NCBI RefSeq assembly: GCF_009914755.1
Contig: NC_060928.1
DNA from: the human T2T-CHM13v2.0 reference genome, Homo sapiens
Length of the DNA stretch: 64,000 bases
Strand: one strand, 5' to 3'
The position numbers were made by a program, and so were the translations under genes. The notes below the pieces were generated by a model. That model saw only the letters and a program-made list of their open reading frames with translations, ran no database searches and was not told where the DNA came from. Positions 57,920-64,000 of this stretch are shown one piece after another. The number at the start of each line of letters is the position of its first letter. Within the stretch, counting starts at the first letter, position 1.

Positions 57920-58869
57920 ACCTCCCATGCTCATGGATTGAAAGAGTCAATACAGTTAAAATGGCCATACTGCCCAAAGCAGTCTACAGATTTACTGCTA
58001 TTCCTATCAAGCTACTAACATCATTTTCTATACAATTAGAAATATTATTCTAAAATTAGTGTAGAACTTAAAAAGACCCTGGCTTGCCAAAGCCATCCTA
58101 TTCAAAAAGAACAAAGCTGGAGACATCACATTATCACATTACCCAACTTCAAACTATATTATAAGGCTACAGTAACTAAAACAGCATGGTACTGATACAA
58201 AAACAGACACATAGACCAATGGAACAGAATAGAGAACCCAGGAATAAAGCTGCACACCTATAGACATCTGATCTTCAACCAAGTCAACAAAAATAAGCAG
58301 TGAAGAAAAGACTCCCTATTCAATAAATGATGGCTGCGATAGCTGGCTAGCAATATACAGAATAAACCTGGACCCCTACCTATCACTGTATGCAAAAATT
58401 AACTCTAGATGGGTTAAAGATTAAAATATAAGACCTCAAACTATAGTAACTCTGGAAAACAGCCTAAGCAATACCACCCTGAACACAGGAACTGGCAAAG
58501 ATTTCATGATGAATGAAATCATGTCCTTTGCAGCAACATGGAGGCAGCTAGAGACCATTATCCTAAGTGAATTAACACAGGAACAGAAAACCAAGTACCA
58601 CATGTTCTCGCTTATAAGTGGGAGCTGAACACTGGGTACACGTGGATATAAAGATGCAACAATAGGCACTGGGGATTACTGGGAGGAAGAAGGGGAGATT
58701 AAGTTTCAAAGCCAACTGTTGTGTATGCTATGTACTATGCTTAGTACCTGGGTGAAGGGAACAATCACATCCCAAACCTTAGCATCATGCAATATATCCA
58801 TGTAACAAACCTACATATGTACCCTCTGAATCGAAAATAAAAGTTGGAGTTATTAAAAAAAAAAAAAAA
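57920..58869 (+). mobile_element. 5'-truncated L1PA15/PB-like element with an internal deletion
   Basis: ORF2 3' part, a jump at about 58510, then the 3' UTR and poly(A). Confidence 0.9.
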
Positions 58870-58993
58870 TAAGTCAGGAATTTCAATTCATGACCCTGTT
58901 GGAAAACACCAGATCTGAACATGCAGAAGCAGTCAACCAAATGTTTAGACCTACAGTATTTTTTATAAAACAAGAAAAAGAGCATTATACAAC

Positions 58994-59286
58994 TGTATTA
59001 GTCCCTTCTCATGCTGCTATGAAGAAATACCCGAGACTGGGTAATTTATAAAGGAAAGAAGTGTAATTGACTCACAGTTCTGCATTGCTGGGTGGGGCCT
59101 CAGGAAACTTAGAATCCTGGCAGCAGGCAAAGGAGAAAAAGGCACCTTCTTCACAGGGGGCAGGATGGAATGAGTGCAAGCAGGGGAAATGCCAGACACT
59201 TACAAAACCATCAGATCTCCTGAGACTCATTCATTATCATGAGAACAGGGTGGGGAAACCACCCCCATGACCCAATTACCATATCA
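58994..59286 (-). mobile_element. THE1C/D-like solo LTR with an internal deletion
   Basis: tgtattagtcc...gaaatacccgagactgggtaatttata...accatatca; perfect TSD acaac. Confidence 0.92.
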
Positions 59287-59379
59287 ACAACACACTTAAA
59301 GGAATGCAGATCCCTTAAATGACCTATTAAAGAAATGGAAATAGATTTTTAGAGACTGGTAGAGTAAAAAAAAAAAAAG

Positions 59380-59800
59380 AAACATTGTAGAGGAGCTAAA
59401 ATATGCACCTAAACTAAATCCATATTCGAAATAGCAAAACAAAATGAACACATCAGAGAATTTGAGAAACCATCCTAGAATATAGAAAAAAAAGTTGAAA
59501 AGTACAAAACATGAAGGCTATCAAAGAGAAGATGGTATCTGTGGGAGAAAAAAGAAAGATTTGATTCTCTATAGGTATTTCTGAAAAAGAATCAAATTAC
59601 AAAACTTGAAACAGAAACTAAAATCAAGTATACAATTTAAGAAAAATTTACTCTCCTGGAAAATATACTGTTTACATTAATTGATTTAAAGAGAGTTCAC
59701 ACAACATTAATGAAAGGAGACTCACTTCCTGATCAGATATTGTAATTATAAGACTGCAGAAATATTAAAGGAGTATTTGGACTAAAAGAAATAAATCCAA
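59380..59800 (+). mobile_element. Possible HAL1 or old L1 ORF1 fragment
   Basis: A-rich degenerate ORF1-like sequence; weak. Confidence 0.4.
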
Positions 59801-60787
<987 letters not shown>

Positions 60788-63229
60788 AAAAGAAGTAAAT
60801 CCAGGCCACAGTCTCAGTTTTATCTGAATATTGAAAGCCAGAAGTCTTTTTTATAAAGTTTTGAAAGAATTAGAGAGACCTCTATGTTTTACTTCTTCAT
60901 TTTTAGTAATTGGAAAGAGAGAATAGCACATCGTAGACATCAATAATTATTTTATTGAGTGAATAAATGAATAAAGATTAGCTAGTTGCCCATCATGTAT
61001 GAAGGCAAAATGCATTGTTAAAAATTTAATATACATCCATACACACCCCTTAGAAAACAAAAGAAATCTCTTAACATTGTATTGATAAAGAGATGTATTC
61101 TAATTAATATTTTGAGCACTGGGAAGTCAAGTAGACCATTAGTTCAGTCAATGACAAGAGGGGCTGAATAGAATCACAGCTGCAGGTCGCCACACTAGAG
61201 AACCCAGAAGTTAGTTCAGATGTTGCTTCCCAAAGATGCTTCTGGATAAAACTTCAAAGAAAATCAATTTGTCGTAACTTTTTTTTTACTCATTACAGGA
61301 ATAAGCTGTAACTGCCACACACACACATGCACATACACACAAATTCCTCCTGAATTGACTCTGAGTTTAAAAAGTCAGTTTTACTATTCCTAGACAAATG
61401 CCCCATCCCTCATTCCAACACACATGGAATGAAAACATACTAAAATATGGTTATCTTAGATCCAGAGGTTTGAGGTCAATTATCTATATTTTATTTTCTG
61501 TGTTTTCTAGTCTTCATCAGGTATTTATATTGAATAATTCTTTGTTTTCAGAAAAGATATATAAAATTATTATCTGTAGTGCTAATTTCTAGATTTTGTC
61601 CCCTAGTGATTAAACATCTTTGAAATATTCATATGAAAACAGGAACCCAGTTTTTTATTCTATTGATAGTTTCAATTGAGAGTCCAATAAAATATCGAGG
61701 AAGCAAAACCTCTTTCGTACATGTTATGCTTGCTTTGGGGAGCTTTCTAGGCATACAAGTGCTGAAAATTTTTTCTCAGGTTTGCTTTTAAACTCTTAAT
61801 TGTATCCTTCTAGCCAAATCAACAACTCGAATTAGATCTTGATCCTGCATCTGAGCTCCTGGTTCCATGCTTCCTTCCTTCCAAGCCTGAAAAGATGATC
61901 CCTGACTTTCACAATGCAGGGCATTTTCTAGAGTCTTACTTGATTCAGCAGATTTGCCTGAGAGTGAACAAATGAAGCATGAAAATTTATATGGAACTCT
62001 CTAACACAAGCACATGTTATTATATCATTAATAAGAGGAATTAAATCATTGGCTCTGCTGTTTCCAGGCTTCAAAGTCAATTTGCTTTTATTGTAGCTAA
62101 CTGGCAAAAGAGAGAAGTCAAATGATCAGTTTACAACAGGAGATGCCATGTCATTTGCTACACAATCAGTCCTCTGTGTTCTGTCAATGAGGATGCACCA
62201 AAAGAGGTCACTTTCAAATTTATTGTTGTAATAAAATTTATTGACCTGTGATCAGTGGAAATGAGATTATACCAGCCCTTTCTTTTGTGAAATATAACTT
62301 TCCAAATATTATAAAAGCTAGAAAGTAAAATAAATATTTTTGTGTAGGGGAAAGTAGATTCTTCTGACCTACCATGTTGGGTTTCTTACCCTTGCTTCTA
62401 TAGTCAGAGTCCTTTTGGCTGTATGTAATGATAGAAGGAAAGAGAGGGCTTGAGAATATCATTATAACTGAGTGGTTACTGCAGAAGACAAGAAATTATT
62501 CCTTACCTAGTAAAAATAACTAGCTACCTAGAATTTGCATAAAGGCAACTGAGTTATCTGCAAATTTGGTATGCCCAGGGATGCTAAACGAATACAATCG
62601 ATACCTCATGAAGATGTCTGGATGTTATAGGAATAATGTTGCAGACAAACAATATTGTAGATAGAATAAAAAATGATTTCAGAAGTGGTCTGTCAATCTT
62701 AATGCAAGTTCTATACAATGTAGAGTGCACCACTGTACTCCACTGTTGGCTCTTAATACACTTTGTTTCACCCTGCCAAGGAAATAGTTATGAGTAAGAC
62801 CTCAACTTGGATGCCAGTCTATTCAAGATACTTCAAAATGATCAAGATTCTATTGAGTGAGATTCAGAATTGTGTGAAAACAGGCCCTTAACGAAGGGCC
62901 CTTCAGTCTCAGATAGTAAGAATCAATGTCGTGTCCTAACAACCTATCTGAGATCTTTAGTAACTTGATATGACCATTTGTGGCTGTATACATATTATCC
63001 TGGTATGAAAATGAGAAAAGGTATCATTTGCTTTGGTTGATAATAGGGTTTATTCCTTCAATATATATTTGAGTGCATATTATGTATTCTACACTGATGT
63101 CAGCTGACATAAATCAGTCAAAACAAAATGAAACCAAAAACAAATGCAAAAGTCAAGGCCCCGATATTAAGAAGAATGCATTATAAACTTGTTACCTAGT
63201 AGGCATACTGTAACATGTCATTAGAGTCA

Positions 63230-64000
63230 CAGATAAAAGATTTAAACAGAATTTTAATTTCATTAGCAACTTTGTTGAATGTTCTCATCTCTAGTAATTT
63301 TCACATGTATTATTTTAGGTTTCTATGTAGAAAATCATAAAAACTGCAAGTAATGGGAATTCTATTTCTTTATATCCCATCCATGTTTATTTTACTACTA
63401 TTTTCCATTTCATTTTACCATAATTTACAAAAATTGGCATAAATTCCTTTGGAATCAATTTGTTTTCTTCTTTTTTTTTTACTTTTGACATTTTAAGTAA
63501 AATATGATACACACACAAAAGTGCACAAAACTACACATATAACTCAATAAATTACCACAAAGAGAACATATTTGTAGCCATCACCCTGATCAAGAAGCAG
63601 AATATCACAAGAACACTGAAACCATTAGACCCTTTCCAATTATCACCTCTACCTTCCCCATGAAAAGTAACTAATATGCAGACTTCGAACACCACAGTTT
63701 TGTTTTCTTGTTTTGGAATATTTTATAAAGTCATATAGTATGTGTTCTTTTGTATCCAGCTTTTTTCTTTTGTATTTAGCTTTTTTACTTCATAGTATAT
63801 CCATGAGATCCATCTATTTTTTTTAAATCTTAAATTCTGTTACCATCATATGAATACAACATGATTTATTTTTACATTTTTCTATTGATGGACTTTTGGA
63901 TTGTTTCTGGTTTTTGTTTATACAAGAAAGACTGATACATAAATAAATTTTACATATGTCATTTGGTGCATATGTTCATGTATATATTTTTAATATATAT
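63230..64000 (-). mobile_element. Old L1M fragments including an L1ME/MC-like 3' end
   Basis: aggtttctatgtagaaaatcata; gatcaagaagcagaatat; ttctattgatggacttttggattgtttctgg. Confidence 0.7.

Noticed and set aside
61180-61202. CTCF-like motif gtcgccacactagag
   Set aside because: Spacing does not fit the CTCF core.

Overview
This is AT-rich simian (human-like) genomic DNA dominated by interspersed repeats, and it reads as intergenic or deep intronic. I found no credible protein-coding exon, RNA gene, CpG island or CRISPR-type array. The track ORFs are short, and the recognisable ones are translations of Alu, L1, L2 or LTR sequence. The window holds about 10 Alus (J, S and Y), a 5.6 kb degenerate L1PA13-16-type element, many older L1M/L2/MIR fragments, three DNA-transposon MITEs (MER30, MER82, MER58B) and a varied set of LTRs (MLT1, MST, THE1, MER31, MER93, MER41A, MER4, MER21, LTR28, LTR22, LTR12, MER34, LTR9), several of them nested with readable target-site duplications (TSDs). 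Family names come from my recall of consensus sequences, not from a search. I did not find a novel biological system. The most unusual structure is a set of rearrangement scars: a near-perfect 3x126 bp triplication across an L1/Alu/L1 junction, a 429 bp non-tandem duplication, a 24 nt L1 patch inside an Alu, two fold-back micro-insertions, and an HML-5 5' LTR that kept its tRNA-Met primer-binding site (PBS). An LTR12 and an LTR9 retain recognisable regulatory motifs.
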